From NCBI GenBank assembly GCA_964016885.1, contig OZ024746.1:71052001-71116000 (forward strand): a DNA stretch of 64,000 bases. Reading direction: 5' to 3'. Source of the DNA: Eledone cirrhosa. Lineage: Eukaryota. The notes under the pieces are model-generated. The model searched no databases. It was not told the DNA's origin and worked only from the letters and a program-made list of their open reading frames with translations. The first letter of the stretch is position 1. Every line of letters starts with the position of its first letter. The translations under genes were made by a program, and so were the position numbers. Positions 25,753-41,911 of this stretch are shown here, piece after piece.

Positions 25753-26410
25753 TATCACCACCACCACCACCACCGACACCATCTTCTCATCACTACCACC
25801 ATCATCATCACCAGCACTACCAACACAACCACCATCATCAACAAGATAGCTGTTATTATCGATCTAAAAGTATCGATCTGTCAGCATTTAATTGTTACCA
25901 TCCGCCGGTGATTGCTATATTTGGCGGATGATATGACCACTCCCCTATTTCACTGTACACTCATAACACCAACACCACCACCACCACCACTAACACCACC
26001 ACCGCCGCTGCCGCCGCCACCATTGCCACCACCACCACTACGACCATACCACCACCACCACCATCGCCACCACCACAATACCACCACCACCACCTATACC
26101 ACCATACCACCACCACCACCACCACTACGACCATACCACCACCACCACCACCATCACCACCACCACCACCACGACCACCACGACCACCACCTCTACCACG
26201 ATACCACCACCACCACCACCACCACTTCTACAACCATACCACCACCACCACCACCACCACTTCTACCACATACCACCACCACCACCACCACCACCACAAC
26301 CACCACCACCACCACCACCACCACCACCACCACCACCACCACCTCCCCCGCCGCCAAGACGACCAACTTGGCGCAAAGTCAATGACCTTGGATGCGCACT
26401 AGTTTTTGTT

Positions 26411-26456
<46 letters not shown>

Positions 26457-26460
26457 TATG
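25460..26460. repeat. compound trinucleotide microsatellites (CCT, CAT, GAC, AAC, ACT, ACC, AGT)
   Basis: Direct inspection. Confidence 0.95.
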
Positions 26461-27003
26461 TATATATGCGTGTATATGTGTGCGTGTGTGTGTGTGCGTG
26501 CGCGTGCATGTCTGTGTATTCATCATACACATAAAAAAATGTATTCTTACGTGCATATATGCACATTATTAAAAACCTGTATACATACATATCATAAATG
26601 CACGCACACTGTTCCATACGTACAACTGAGCGCATACACATGCTCAACATTGCAGGCACACACAGATACAAGACACACAGGCACACATAAGCACAACATA
26701 GCAAATACACACACACACACATACACATGCACACAAATTTACACACATATATACACATGCATACACACACATGCATGCATGCATACATACATACAGACAT
26801 ACATACATAATACATACCTAATACATACATACATACATACATACATGTACGTGTATATATATACATTCAAACATACATACACACACACACACACGTACAT
26901 ACATACATACATACGTACATGCCCACACACGTAATTGCATACATACGTACGCAAATACATGCATATATTCATGCATACATACATACATACATACATACAT
27001 ACA

Positions 27004-27037
<34 letters not shown>

Positions 27038-27184
27038 CGTACATACATACATACATACATACATACATACCCACATATATACATACATATATACATACAT
27101 ACATGCGTACATACATACATACATACATACATACATACATACATACATACATACATACATACATACATACATACATACATACAT

Positions 27185-27790
27185 GGTGGCTGCCAACTCG
27201 TTTTCAAGTACGGCCACTACTTTATATCCATGTAGGAGAACCCCTACCGATGCGCTGAACGAGTGTGACTTTTTAGTCCAGCCAGCGACTTGAAAACTCT
27301 GGTACAAACACTACACTTGTGACAATTACTGACACATAGTGCTGGGCCCATGGTACCATGAGACGACAAGTGCAGAGAGATCTCCAGATATAAAGCAATG
27401 CCTGTGCCGTGAAGCTTTTATAGTGAGCAAAGGCACTGCACAAAGCCAGTCCCACTCTCTTAACCAAGATGATATTTACCAAAAAGAAGAACAAGTCAAC
27501 ATCATTGGATACCATCAGGGTTGCAGGTGTTATATCAGAGTTTTCCTTCTCCTAGAATTCTGCCTTGACAAAGGCTAAGGGGTCATCTCTCCCGGTGGTT
27601 TTGGATGACCATTGACTCTTAAGAGCTCCTTTGCCCTTTGACAGGTTTTGTTTTTAGTCCTGCAGGATGTCCAGTCACCCTCCTCACCAAGAAACCTTGG
27701 TGGGGTTGCCAGTTTAGTCGCCAACGACCCGACCATGAGACAGGTTGTACTGGGATACATGTTACCAGTAGCACCAACTGGTGACCTGAC
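27185..27790 (-). mobile_element. full-length RTE-derived non-autonomous element, family A (about 605 bp)
   Basis: Same ends as 56479-57087; flanked by (CATA)n. Confidence 0.88.
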
Positions 27791-28405
27791 ATAACATACA
27801 TACATACATACATACCCACATATATACACACGTACATACATACACATGTCAGTTCTACTGCATTCGTCTTTCTAATGGGTGATAGCTCCATACTGTCTCT
27901 GCCTATATTCCATATCATTTCAGCAATGTGTCCGTCCGCTACTTATATAACATATATAATATGACTGAACTCTGAAGAAACGTGGGTAAGACATGCAGCT
28001 AAGACATGTAGTTAAGACACGAGTGTATAGTTATGTTTAAGACATGCGTTTATAGGATGTCCGTAGATCAACGAAAAAAAAGTTTTCAGTCTGTTGCAAG
28101 AGAACTTATATTTTTAGCCAGATGACCTCGGAGCGTCTTGAGTGCTCTACCGGTTACAAGTAGAAGGGAACGTATATCCGTATGTAGTTGACGGACGAGA
28201 GAAAAAAGTACTCAATACCGAAGTAGAGTTCTAAATATTCATTTATTATGGCTAACCCCAGAGTAACAAGAATCACTACTTACCCAAAGTTGTAAGGGAA
28301 TCATTCTGTCATTACCATAACAGAAGTCCGTCGAGCTTTTGATTGAGTTGATCAATCGCGAAACGCTTGTCACACCTTAATAAATGTAATAAACACCTCG
28401 TCCTT

Positions 28406-28780
28406 ATCGGTAGAGGGTTGGACGCCATGCTTTCTAGCATAGAGTTACGTCCCTTTATGATCTGAGTTCAAATTCCGTCGAGGTTAACTTTGCCTCTCAT
28501 CCTTACGGGGTCGATAAAATAAAGTACCAGTAATGTACTGGGTAATTGCTGGCCTTGTGCCTAAAGTAGAAACAATTATTATTATTATTGGTGGATTGGC
28601 AGCGTCGGTAGAGGGTCGGACGCCATGCTTTGACGCATAGAGTTACGGCCCTTGCCATTCTGAGTTCAAATCCCGCCGAGGTTAACTTTGCCTTTGACCC
28701 TTACGGGGTCGATAAAATAAAGTACCAGTAATGTACTGAGTAATTGCTAGCCTTGTGCCTAAAGTAGAAACAATTATTAT
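28406..28780 (+). mobile_element. two tandem SINE copies
   Basis: Match to main family; (ATT)n tails. Confidence 0.9.
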
Positions 28781-28886
28781 TATTATTATTACACTCTGCT
28801 TAGTACAACACCAATATAACCTACTGGAAACTACGTATCAAGTGTTCACTCTGGTGAACCTACAGTAACTGGACGTTACAACCACA

Positions 28887-28964
<78 letters not shown>

Positions 28965-29111
28965 AGGAGGTGAGTTTTATTGTAGTACAATAAAGCAATG
29001 CAGATATCGGATAAGTAGCACTCTACAGTTTGTGGGACTGGAGTATAAATAATATAAGATCAAAAGATGCATAATAAAATACATGGAACTCTTTTAACCA
29101 TCTTTTGATCT

Positions 29112-29375
<264 letters not shown>

Positions 29376-29463
29376 ATACTTTGGGAGATAAAGAATCTTG
29401 CCAAACAAATTCAGAAACTCTTTTAACCATCTTTTGATCTTATATATATATATATATATATAT

Positions 29464-29563
29464 ATAGGAAAATGTTAGACCCCGACGGCAGAGCTCAAGC
29501 TGTTTCCAGAAATAGCCGTCGAAACGACTTGAGATCTGCCGTCGGGGTCTAACATTTTCCTAT
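29464..29563. repeat. 100-bp fold-back palindrome next to (TA)n
   Basis: ATAGGAAAATGTTAGACCCCGACGGCAGA...TCTGCCGTCGGGGTCTAACATTTTCCTAT. Confidence 0.9.
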
Positions 29564-29639
29564 TACCCACTCTACTACCCTAAGTATTGAATACTCTGGT
29601 GCGTTATGGTCCATCTGGTTCCTTACCACACCTCCCTCG

Positions 29640-29706
<67 letters not shown>

Positions 29707-30703
29707 ATTGTTTCTACTTTTGGCACAAGGCCAGTAATTATCCACTACATTACTGGTACTTTATTATATCGACCCCGTAAGGATGAAAGGCAAAGTTAAC
29801 CTTTTATGGAAAAAGAAGAATCAGTGATGCATCGGAACACAATTTATTACGTATTACAATTGTTTCACCGGCGAACAGCTCGAGGTGCGATCTGTTTGTG
29901 GATCGAACCTGACTCTGGAATCGAAAGTTCCTCAGAAACGTCTAGTGATTTCGAAACAAATCCTTTTTTTGTTGGACTCCGACCCTTAGAATTTCTGTCA
30001 TCTGCCATCATCCTGTTTGTGTGGCCCGTCAATTGGTCAAGAGTTCGAGACGTCATCTGTATCTTTGGCCATTCAAGTCTGCCCACTGACCATTCCATTC
30101 AGGCATGAGTTGTCACTCACCTTAATTCTGTCGCCAGAATTACTGCTAGATTATCAAGGGGTTATGAACTGCCTTGCCACTCCCTAGCTTGCCCTTCGCC
30201 CGACACCTATACACCCACACACACACGTGTGCTCACACATAGACAGACATTCCTGGCTCCTGATCGCTAATATGTCAATGTATTTTTGTCTTGTGTTTCA
30301 TCTCTCTCTCTCAATCTCTCCCCCTCTCTCTCCCTCTCTACCCCCTTTCTCTCTTTTCTTTATATAAATACCATTTATGTTCGATGACTTAACTAATGGG
30401 TAGATCTGAATATCCCGGTTAGCAAATCATATTGTAATAATCTAAAGCACTCGACGTAAGGCAAATCATCCATCTTAGATGTGGTATCTCGTGGATGGTG
30501 CAGGAACAGAGTAAAATATTCAAAAGACAACAAAAGCCCTTGTGATGTCTTTATAAATATATATATATGCAGAGGTTATATTTAATTTGTTGGGATTCAA
30601 CAAGCTTAAACATTTTTTTTAACTGATAAAAAGCACTCAACAGATTTGTGGAGTAAATATACAATATATTAACAAATGGAAACTATATTTATAAAACCAT
30701 ATT

Positions 30704-31007
30704 TATTTTATTATACATATTTCAAGGGCCACCAAGGCAAATTAGGGTGCGCTTTCATCAGATAAAATACAATACAGAATTAGTTTTATAAATAAATATT
30801 GACATACCCTGAAAAAAAGACAACCTTAACGGTTGGAGCTTCCTGGATAGCTATCCAGGAAGCTATCCAGGATAGCTATCCAGGAAGCTCCATCCGTTAT
30901 TTTCAGGGTATGTCAATATTTATTTATAAAACTAATTCTGTATTGTATTTTATCTGATGAAAGCGCACCATAATTTGCCTTGGTGACCCTTGAAATATGT
31001 ATAATAA

Positions 31008-31011
<4 letters not shown>
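30704..31011. mobile_element. Penelope-like inverted pLTR palindrome with a hammerhead on each arm
   Basis: Arms 30704-30813 and 30901-31011; hammerheads at 30704-30769 (-) and 30946-31011 (+): UAUUUUAU CUGAUGA stem II GAAA UAUGUA UA AUAAAAUA. Confidence 0.75.
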
Positions 31012-31059
<48 letters not shown>

Positions 31060-31194
31060 ATTTACATATACATAAAGTCACAGATATATATGTGGCAACC
31101 GGTCACGATGTGGCTCAATGAAGAATTAATAAATTAAATAATTGGGAGAGGAAATGGTATATATTTTATCTAATAATTCTAAGGACATGATTTA

Positions 31195-31232
<38 letters not shown>

Positions 31233-31499
31233 ATACTTTGGGAGGGTCATGTTGCTAATAAGAATCTTGCTAAAAAATTCAGAAACGAGATATATATATA
31301 TATAATGTAACACGGGCTTCCTAACAGTTTTCGTCCACCAAATTTCACCCAGAAGACATTAGATAAAACTACAGTAGAAGACTGTTGCCATAGAGTTCTA
31401 CGCGGTGGTAGTGAAATAAAAACTTGTTTGTGCGCTGCGAATTTTTGCCATAAAAATTAACAAAGAACATTAAAAATGAAAGAAAACAAAAATGTGACC

Positions 31500-31830
31500 A
31501 TCTTCCCGTTCCGACACTTGCACCGACACTTTCTGCAGCCGCAACCTGGTGCAATCTGCGACTGACCCAGGTTCTGCTGAGGGGGTAAAACTTCTCAAAT
31601 ACCAGTCGATCTCCAACAGGTTTGCGGTCGTACTCTTGGCAATGGAGACTTCTGGTGTCCTCGGTCCCAGGGCTACCTCCTTACTCACCACCATAGGCGC
31701 TGAGCTGGCCAGCCGCAGGTGTGAGCCCCGCGAGTTGGAGTGGATTTTCCAGCGCGTCTCCCTTGCCGTCCTCCCGGGAAACGCCTTCTCCATTCTGTCC
31801 GCCGGGGCTGGGTGGGCCCCATCGCGTACC
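31500..31830 (+). mobile_element. CRE-like RLE retrotransposon 3' fragment
   Basis: AEGVKLLKY...AMETSGVLG...EPRELEWIFQRVSLAVLPGNAFSIL; shorter homolog at about 37700-37800. Confidence 0.65.
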
Positions 31831-32049
31831 GTTGTAGTTGTTGTAGAAGAAACAGGAAGAAAACAACTGGAATGCTATACTATTACATTACTTGCCAAAT
31901 GAATGTCAGAGTGGTATGTCATTGCAGGGTTTAAACTCTGTTGAGATATCTGATAACTTCTGTTCTATTTGGGAGGGATACTTAATCAGGACAATAGTAC
32001 AACGATTCAGACGGAATACTAACGACCATTGCACCACATAAATCTGTGA

Positions 32050-32345
32050 AGGTATGCGGCTTAGTGTGTTAGGGTGTTCGTCTCACGATTCCATGTTGCG
32101 CGCAGTGTCCTTGAACAAGACACTTAATTTCACCTGTATTCAGCTGATAAACAGGTGTTGTATCGAGTTGTACCTGTAATTCAAAGGGCTACACTGTGTC
32201 ATGCTGAATCTCCCTGAGAACTACGTTAAGACTACACGTGCCTGTTGAATGCTCAGCCATCTGCACGTTAATTCCACAAGCAGGCTGTTCTGCTACTTGA
32301 ACAACTGAAACACTCGTCATCGGAACCAACGGAGGTCCAACACAC
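32050..32345 (+). mobile_element. second tRNA-derived SINE family (CORE-like)
   Basis: GGCTTAGTG A-box, GTGTCCTTGAACAAGACACTT core, tail GCACGTTAATT..CAGGCTGTTC; homologous to 37960-38250. Confidence 0.7.
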
Positions 32346-33182
32346 ATAACTCTCTAATTGCCATCTTTGACGGCTGAAGAGAACATTTGCTTTATCTGCG
32401 TATTGAGTACTTCTCTGTTAATTGTTAGATATTTAACACAAGACAAAAATACAATGTCTAGTATTCACTAGCTACCATTGCATCGCATGACTTGGTGTTA
32501 GATACGTAGAAGAATATCAGATCTTTGGAGTAAAAAATGGTACCGATGAAGGACTACTGGGATGTAATTGTACCAGCAAGCTAGGTTGTTGCTCTGCCGA
32601 GAAAATTCTTAAAATCATGCACTATGACCTAAATAAAAAAACGACGAGAATGGATCAGAGATAGACATGAAATTTCATTGGAGTTTTGGATTTAATGAAA
32701 TCTATAGAAAGTTTATTGAAAGTCCCCAAGACTGTTATATGGAGATGATGAAAGACGACTGGGAGGTAAAATGGTCCAACTACTCGGAATACAGTGCGAA
32801 GCAGTTGCATTAGTAAGCTACTATAGCGAAATTATGATTTGGTGAATTTTGTTATTGTACGAAACTACAGTGTATTTATGTATCTATTTACTAGAGACTG
32901 TAGGAAGTCACCCTCGACTTCTTAGTTCTCGCTCCACCACAACGATGTTCACCTAGCGATTGCTAGCCTTCTCTCGCCAATTTTCGTCTGCCGTGGCTCT
33001 ATTCTCTTACCCTCTCGCATTCTCTTCACACACATATTTAACCTGTCACTCTTTTTCATGCTTACAGGTTTGGTATATATCTCAATTGACACAGTTCATT
33101 CTGCCCAATTCTTCACATCGTAACATCTCTACACTTATACCATGTAGTGTACAAACTTTGCTTATTTCCACGCATTATAATT

Positions 33183-33570
33183 GTGGATTGGCAGTATCGG
33201 TAGAGGGTTTGACGCCATGCTTTCCAGCATAGTTACGTCCCTTTACGATCTGAGTTCAAATCCCGCCGTGGTTGACTTAGCCTTTCATCCTTACGGGGTA
33301 GATAAAATAAAGTACCAGTAATGCACTGGGTAATTGCTGGCCTTGTGCCTAAAGTAGAAACAATTATAATTATATTTCTGCCCGGTGAATTGGCAGTATC
33401 GGTAGAGGGTTGGACGCCATGCTTTCTAGCATAGTTACATCCCTTTACAGTCTGAGTTCAAATCCCGCAGAGGTTAACTTTGCATTTCATCCTTACGGGG
33501 TCGATAAAATACAGTACCAGTAATGTACTGGGTGATTGCTGGCCTTGTGCCTAAAGTAGAAACAATTATA
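33183..33570 (+). mobile_element. two SINE copies, the second with a TSD of about 20 bp
   Basis: AATTATAATTATATTTCTGC repeated around 33383-33565. Confidence 0.9.
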
Positions 33571-34074
33571 ATTATATTTCTGCTATACTAACACCTTGTG
33601 GTTCAATGTATTGCCAACTCAATTAATAATTATTTTCCTAATAACACAAACCATCAAACGACTTGAACGTCGTTTCAAATCTCAAATTGATGAATAAATA
33701 ATTCTACTTTTACTTAATAAATGCTTTCATGATTCTCTCTACACATTCCGTCAATATCAATGAGATTTTTCCGAGGACTTAAAACTTGTTAACCATGTGT
33801 TCTTGGGTATAACCCAATTTACCCAAATAACTTCAAATGCTTCAACCAAACAACAACCAAGTCCTCTCAGAAACATATATTGAATCACTCATACATATAT
33901 TCAATCTAACAGTTATACAATTCCTCATCTCGTCGAAAAGAAATGTGTAGCTCTGCCGAGCAAAATCAACCACCAAAACCCGTACACCGGTTGTTTGAAT
34001 GCCTTTCTTCAAAATCACTGGAAAGCAAGCGATGTGGTGGTTGACAATGAGCTAGAAGGATAGAAAGGAGTCTG

Positions 34075-34615
34075 GGGCTGTGCTACCTGTGTTTCATTAA
34101 CAGAGGATGAAATCACTGACAAACGTGCAGGACGATGGAAATGAAACTGGAGCCGTGCCGAACTGTGTCTCATTGACAGGGGATGCGATCACTGACAAAG
34201 AGGAAGAAGGAAGAAAGAGGCTGTGGCCATGCTGAATTATGTCTCATTAACAGGGGATGTAGTCACTGACAAAGAGGAAGGAAGAAGGAGGCTGTGGCCG
34301 TGTAGTACTGTGTCTCATTGACAGGGGATGCGATCACTGACAAAGAGGAAGGAAGAAGGAGGCTGTGGCCGTGTAGTACTGTGTCTCATTGACAGGGGAT
34401 GCGATCACTGACAAAGAGGAAGGAAGAGGGAGGCTGTGGCCGTGTAGTACTGTGTCTCATTGACAGGGGATGCGATCACTGACAAAGAGGAAGGAAGAGG
34501 GAGGCTGTGGCCGTGTAGTACTGTGTCTCATTGACAGGGGATGTAGTCACTGACAAAGAGGAAGAAGGATAGAAAGGAGGCTGGGGCCATGATGAACTGT
34601 GTCTCTTTAACAGAA
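34075..34615. repeat. 71-bp minisatellite, about 8 units
   Basis: TGTCTC starts at 34311, 34382, 34453 and 34524 (period 71); edge units diverged. Confidence 0.92.
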
Positions 34616-35002
34616 GACTGTCCTTAAAGTGACGCAGTAGCAGTAGTCGCAACAAAATGTACTCTGTATGGCTAAACCAGAAAGAAGTGTTTGATGCTGT
34701 CTTTCACTGAAGGGGACTAGACTAACGACAGTCTAAGGAAAGAAGGGCTGTGGCCATGACTCTTTTCAATGTCTAGGATTGAAATCCCATAGTGACCTCC
34801 TTGGGTGGTAGGTTAATCCGTCTCCAACAACAACAGCACCATAAACATCATAATCACCACCACCATCATCATCATCATCATATCGGTATCGGCAGCTGCA
34901 GCAACAATAACTGCAAATCCACAACCATTGCCTAAAGAGTAGCAGTAGTACAACTACCATCAACACCACCACCACCACCACCACCACCAGTAGTAGTAGT
35001 TT

Positions 35003-35038
<36 letters not shown>

Positions 35039-35175
35039 CGCCACCCTCCTCCTCCTCCTCCCCCTCATCATCATCATCATCATCAGTAGCAAAGAGCAGT
35101 AGCTGTGGCAGCAGCAGCAACAGTAGCAGAAACAAGTATAACAGGAGCTTCACCACCACAACCTGAACAACATAT

Positions 35176-35206
<31 letters not shown>

Positions 35207-35390
35207 CCACCATCACCAGCAGTAATAACAGCAGCATCCCCATCATCATCATCATCATCATCACCACCACCACCACCACCACCACCACCACCACCACCAG
35301 TATACAATGTAGTTCTCTATTCCAACTCCTGCTGCTGTCCTATCTGCACGTCCATTCAGCTGCCGGTAGTGTGTGTCAGCTGTAACTCAG

Positions 35391-35430
<40 letters not shown>

Positions 35431-35499
35431 CGCATATATATATAATATATACGCATATATATATATATACGCACATATATATAAATACACACACGCACG

Positions 35500-35543
<44 letters not shown>

Positions 35544-35772
35544 ATACATACGCACATATATATAAATACACACACACACATATATATATATGCACACATA
35601 CATATACACACATACATATACATACACATACATGTCCAGGCATAAGAAAAGCCACTCTAAATATATGTATAGATTTTGTGTGTGTTTATAAGTCTAGCTT
35701 ATACACACCTCACCCCCCCCCCATATATATATATATATATATACACACGTATATATATATATATATACACAC

Positions 35773-35859
<87 letters not shown>

Positions 35860-36027
35860 CGTATATATATATATACACATACATACACATATATATATAT
35901 ATATATATAGAAAAAGAAAGAGAGAGAGAGAGAGAGAGAGACTACGTCCAGCCATATGACCGACCACTCACTACTCTATATACTACTACAACACAACGTT
36001 GTGATTACATTTTCATTGTAATGACGT

Positions 36028-36075
<48 letters not shown>

Positions 36076-36209
36076 ATGGTGGTGGTGCTGATGGCAATAG
36101 TAGTGGTGTAGGTGCTACTTTAAAAACATACTCCGAGTAGAACCGATTACTAACTAAGAAAGGTGAGTTGTATATTCCGTTTTTTTCCCCCCCTTTGCTG
36201 TGGTGGTGA

Positions 36210-36239
<30 letters not shown>

Positions 36240-36243
<4 letters not shown>

Positions 36244-36426
36244 GAGCTCCATGTCAACCTATCCACCTGATTGTGTAAACCTATGATCTATGATCATAAG
36301 TATTCTAATTGTGACCATCACGTTTTATTATTATTTTCTTGCTAAAACTATACAGTAGTGATTTGAGTGAGATTTGGTTACTATTTCTAGCGATCACACA
36401 TAAGGTCCTGTTTTTCAAAGACATTT

Positions 36427-36473
<47 letters not shown>

Positions 36474-37340
36474 CAACCCTAATTCTAGACTTGTGTAATT
36501 GAAGGAGATTTGGTTGCTATTCCTAGCTAACCAAGTGACCACACAGAGGTTCTGTCTTTCATAGAAATTAATTATCATTGCTGATGTCATTGATACTAAA
36601 GTCGTTTCTTTTGTTGTTTAACCCCAGGTAAACCCTGATTGAGCAGACCTATAATCACAGGTATTCCAACCGTGACCATCACGTATCATTTTAGTGCTAT
36701 TTACAACAACTACATTGTTCGATGTCTTTTCTTTTACCTGTTTTTCTTTTCTCTTCTAAGACAGTAGTGTAGTGATTTGAGGGAGATTTGGCTGCTATTT
36801 CTAGTCGGTTCAAGCGATTACACAGGGTTTCACAGAACATTAACTGTTATTATTTAACCCCAGGTCAATCCCGATCGAGGAGTAGGGATTTGAGGGAGAT
36901 TTGGCTACGATGTCTAGCTGATAAAGCGAGTACGTAGAGCCTTCATTTACCATGAAAAGATTTTTTGTTGTTGTTTAGCTTGATAAAGGAGACATTTCAA
37001 CTGTGACCTTCCGTCTTTTTTCTGATCATAGCGAGGGAGACCTTACGTTTGACATGTTAGAAACAACAGCTAAGTCTCCCATAAATCATATACTATCGTT
37101 TTAATGTTTAAAAATAAAAAAATGTTTTAATTCAAAGTCTGTTCTGATCTAACCAATCATATGATAAAAGACATTCCAGCATTTGCATTCCCACGTAATC
37201 TTTTAAGAATGCATTTGTTTTTACCACCTGTTGATACATATATATGGATAAAAGATCAATGGGATTTCGAGAAGAGATTTCGCTGCTCTTTCTAACAGGT
37301 CGAGCAGCGATGTCGTGGAGAGTCCCATGACAACTCGTTG
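36240..37340. repeat. cluster of old interspersed repeats tied to (GTT)n
   Basis: Recurrent AACCCCAGGT..CCTGAT..GCAGACCTAT and GATTTGAGGGAGATTTGGCTGCTATTTCTAG. Confidence 0.6.
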
Positions 37341-37959
37341 TTGTTATCGTTGTTGTCGTAGTTTGGGAGGTGGATTGGCAGAATCGGTAGAGTGTCGAAC
37401 CAAATACTTTGCAACTTATAGTTACAGTTCTTTACATTTTAAGTTCAAATTCCACTGAAGTCAACTTTGTCTTTGAAGCTTCCAAGGTCGATACAATTAG
37501 TACCAGTCAAGTTTTGGGGGTCGATTTAATCGATCCCCCCCCCCACCCTGCTCGTCAAATTGCTGGCCTTGTGCCAAATGTAGAAACAATTATTAACTAC
37601 AGTCAACCGTTGTCATCGTTGTTGTGGTTGTTGTTGGTGTCCTCGAGCCTGTTGTGGTAGTTGCTATCGTTGTTGTGTTTGTTGCCGTTGTTGTTGCTTG
37701 CAATGGCTCTTCCAGTGCATCTCCCTTACCATCCACCGGAGAAACGTCTTCTCCATTCTGTCCGCCGGGGCTGTCTGGCACGTGGGACCCCATTTGCTCA
37801 CCATACAGAGAGATGGGGGGGGGGGGGGGGGAGAGAGATGGAGGCGATGACAGTGGTGGGAGTTCGGCCCGTCCACGTTTGGACCACATATAGAGAGTGA
37901 AATTGTGGCATGGCATGTGGATATGCGCTTGTTAATAAAGTTGTTGTCATATGAAAAAA

Positions 37960-38250
37960 AACACGTGGTTTAGTGGTTAAGGTGTTTGGCTCACCATTGT
38001 AAGGTTGTGTGTTCGATTCCCGGACCAGGTGATGCGTTATGCCCTTGAGCAAGACACTTTATTTCATATTGCTCTTGCATACACAGTTGTACCTGGAATT
38101 GAAAGAATCAGCCTTCCCGAACACTGTGCCATGCCGAATCTTCCCGGGAATTATGTTATGGGTGCACGTGTCTATGGAATACTCAGCCACTTGCACGTTA
38201 ATTTCACGAGCAGGCTGTTCAGTTGTCGTCGGAACCGACGGAGGACCAAC
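37960..38250 (+). mobile_element. CORE-like tRNA SINE
   Basis: TGGTTTAGTGG A-box, GTTCGATTCCC B-box, CCTTGAGCAAGACACTTT core. Confidence 0.75.
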
Positions 38251-38262
38251 ACACACACACAA

Positions 38263-38354
<92 letters not shown>

Positions 38355-38439
38355 CCGTTGTGAATGTTGATGCCGTTGCCATCGTCAACGTTTTTGTTAT
38401 AGTTGTTGTTACTGATATTGGTGTTGTTATTGTCATCAC

Positions 38440-39295
38440 TGTTGTTGTTGTTGTTGTTGTTGTTGTTATAGTTGTTGCTGTTGTTGTTGTTGTTGTTGTA
38501 GTAGTTGTTGTTGCTGTTGTTGTTGTTATAGTTGTTGTTATAATTGTTGTTGTTGCTGTTGTTGTTGCCGTTGTTATTGTTGTTGTTGTTGCTGTTGTTA
38601 TAGTTGTTGTTGTTGCTGTTGTTATAGTTGTTGTTGTTGCTGTTGTTGTTGTTATAGTTGTTGTTGTTGTTGTTGGTGTTGTTATAGTTGTTGTTGCTGT
38701 TGTTGTTATAGTTGTTGTTGTTGTTGTTGGTGTTGTTATAGTTGTTGTTGCTGTTGTTGTTATAGTTGTTGTTGTTGTTGTAGTTGTTGCTGTTGTTGTT
38801 GTTATAGTTGTTGTTGCTGTTGTTGTTATAGTTGTTGTTGCTGTTGTTGTTGTTGCTGTTGTTGTTGTTGTTGCTGTTGTTGTTGTTGCTGTTATAGTTG
38901 TTGCTGCTGTTGTTGTTATAGTTGTTGTTGTTATAGTTGTTGTTGTTATAGTTGTTGTTGTTATAGTTGTTGTTGCTGTTGTTGTTGTTGTTGCTGTTGT
39001 TGTTATAGTTGTTGTTATAGTTGTTGTTGCTGTTGTTGTTATAGTTGTTGTTGCTGTTGTTGTTATAGTTGTTGTTGTTATAGTTGTTGTTGCTGTTGTT
39101 GTTATAGTTGTTGTTGTTATAGTTGTTGTTGTTATAGTTGTTGTTGCTGTTGGTGTTGTTGTTGCTGTTGTTGTTGTTATAGTTGTTGTTGCTGTTGTTG
39201 TTATAGTTGTTGTTATAGTTGTTGTTGCTGTTGTTGTTGCAGCTTTTTTTGCAGTTTGTTGTTGTTGTTGTTGCTATTATTGTTGTTGTTGTTGT
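38440..39295. repeat. (GTT)n array with GCT/ATA interruptions
   Basis: Direct inspection. Confidence 0.97.
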
Positions 39296-39410
39296 CGTAT
39301 GAGCAGCATGCTTTAGTTACTGCTGGAAGGCAAGAGGTAGGTGAAACAGCTTTTACTAAAACTAGTGAAATACACAGCAGAAATAGACTTCAGATTGACA
39401 CCTGATATCT

Positions 39411-39448
<38 letters not shown>

Positions 39449-39495
39449 ATGTATGTATGTATGTATATTTATATGCGTATATCTATCTACCTAAC

Positions 39496-39596
<101 letters not shown>

Positions 39597-39651
39597 ATAT
39601 ATATATATTAATTCAAAATATTAACAAAATAGATATTCTTGTGATCAAGTA

Positions 39652-39787
39652 TATTTTATTATACATATTTCAGAGGTACTGAGTTAAGTTCAACAGTACG
39701 TCCTCATCAGATAAAATAAGATGATGCATGACATACCCTGACATAGTAGATGGTTAAGATTCAGTCATGACTGAATCTTAACCATCT

Positions 39788-39792
<5 letters not shown>
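39652..39792 (-). ncRNA. hammerhead motif (39652-39718) beside a perfect 50-bp palindrome (39743-39792)
   Basis: UAUUUUAU CUGAUGA GGACGUACUG..CAGUACCUCU GAAA UAUGUA UA AUAAAAUA; decayed + copy at about 58396-58450. Confidence 0.7.
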
Positions 39793-41855
<2,063 letters not shown>

Positions 41856-41911
41856 AGCGGCGATGAATTAGTTTTGCGAGGTTTTTTATATGAAATCGTG
41901 TGTCGAAACAG

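Noticed and set aside
28325-28376. Additional hammerhead candidates here and near 34700 and 59733
   Set aside because: Core nucleotides or GAAA missing; too degenerate to call
29800-30420. Gypsy PBS-like TGGCGACAG (minus, about 30137-30145) or a GTGAGT splice donor
   Set aside because: No LTR boundaries, gag motif or convincing exon could be defined
34075-34615. CRISPR-like array
   Set aside because: No unique spacers, no cas genes, eukaryotic context
38039-39316. 425-aa poly-Val ORF, and the poly-His/Thr/YI/HT ORFs elsewhere
   Set aside because: Translations of microsatellites; no splice or domain evidence
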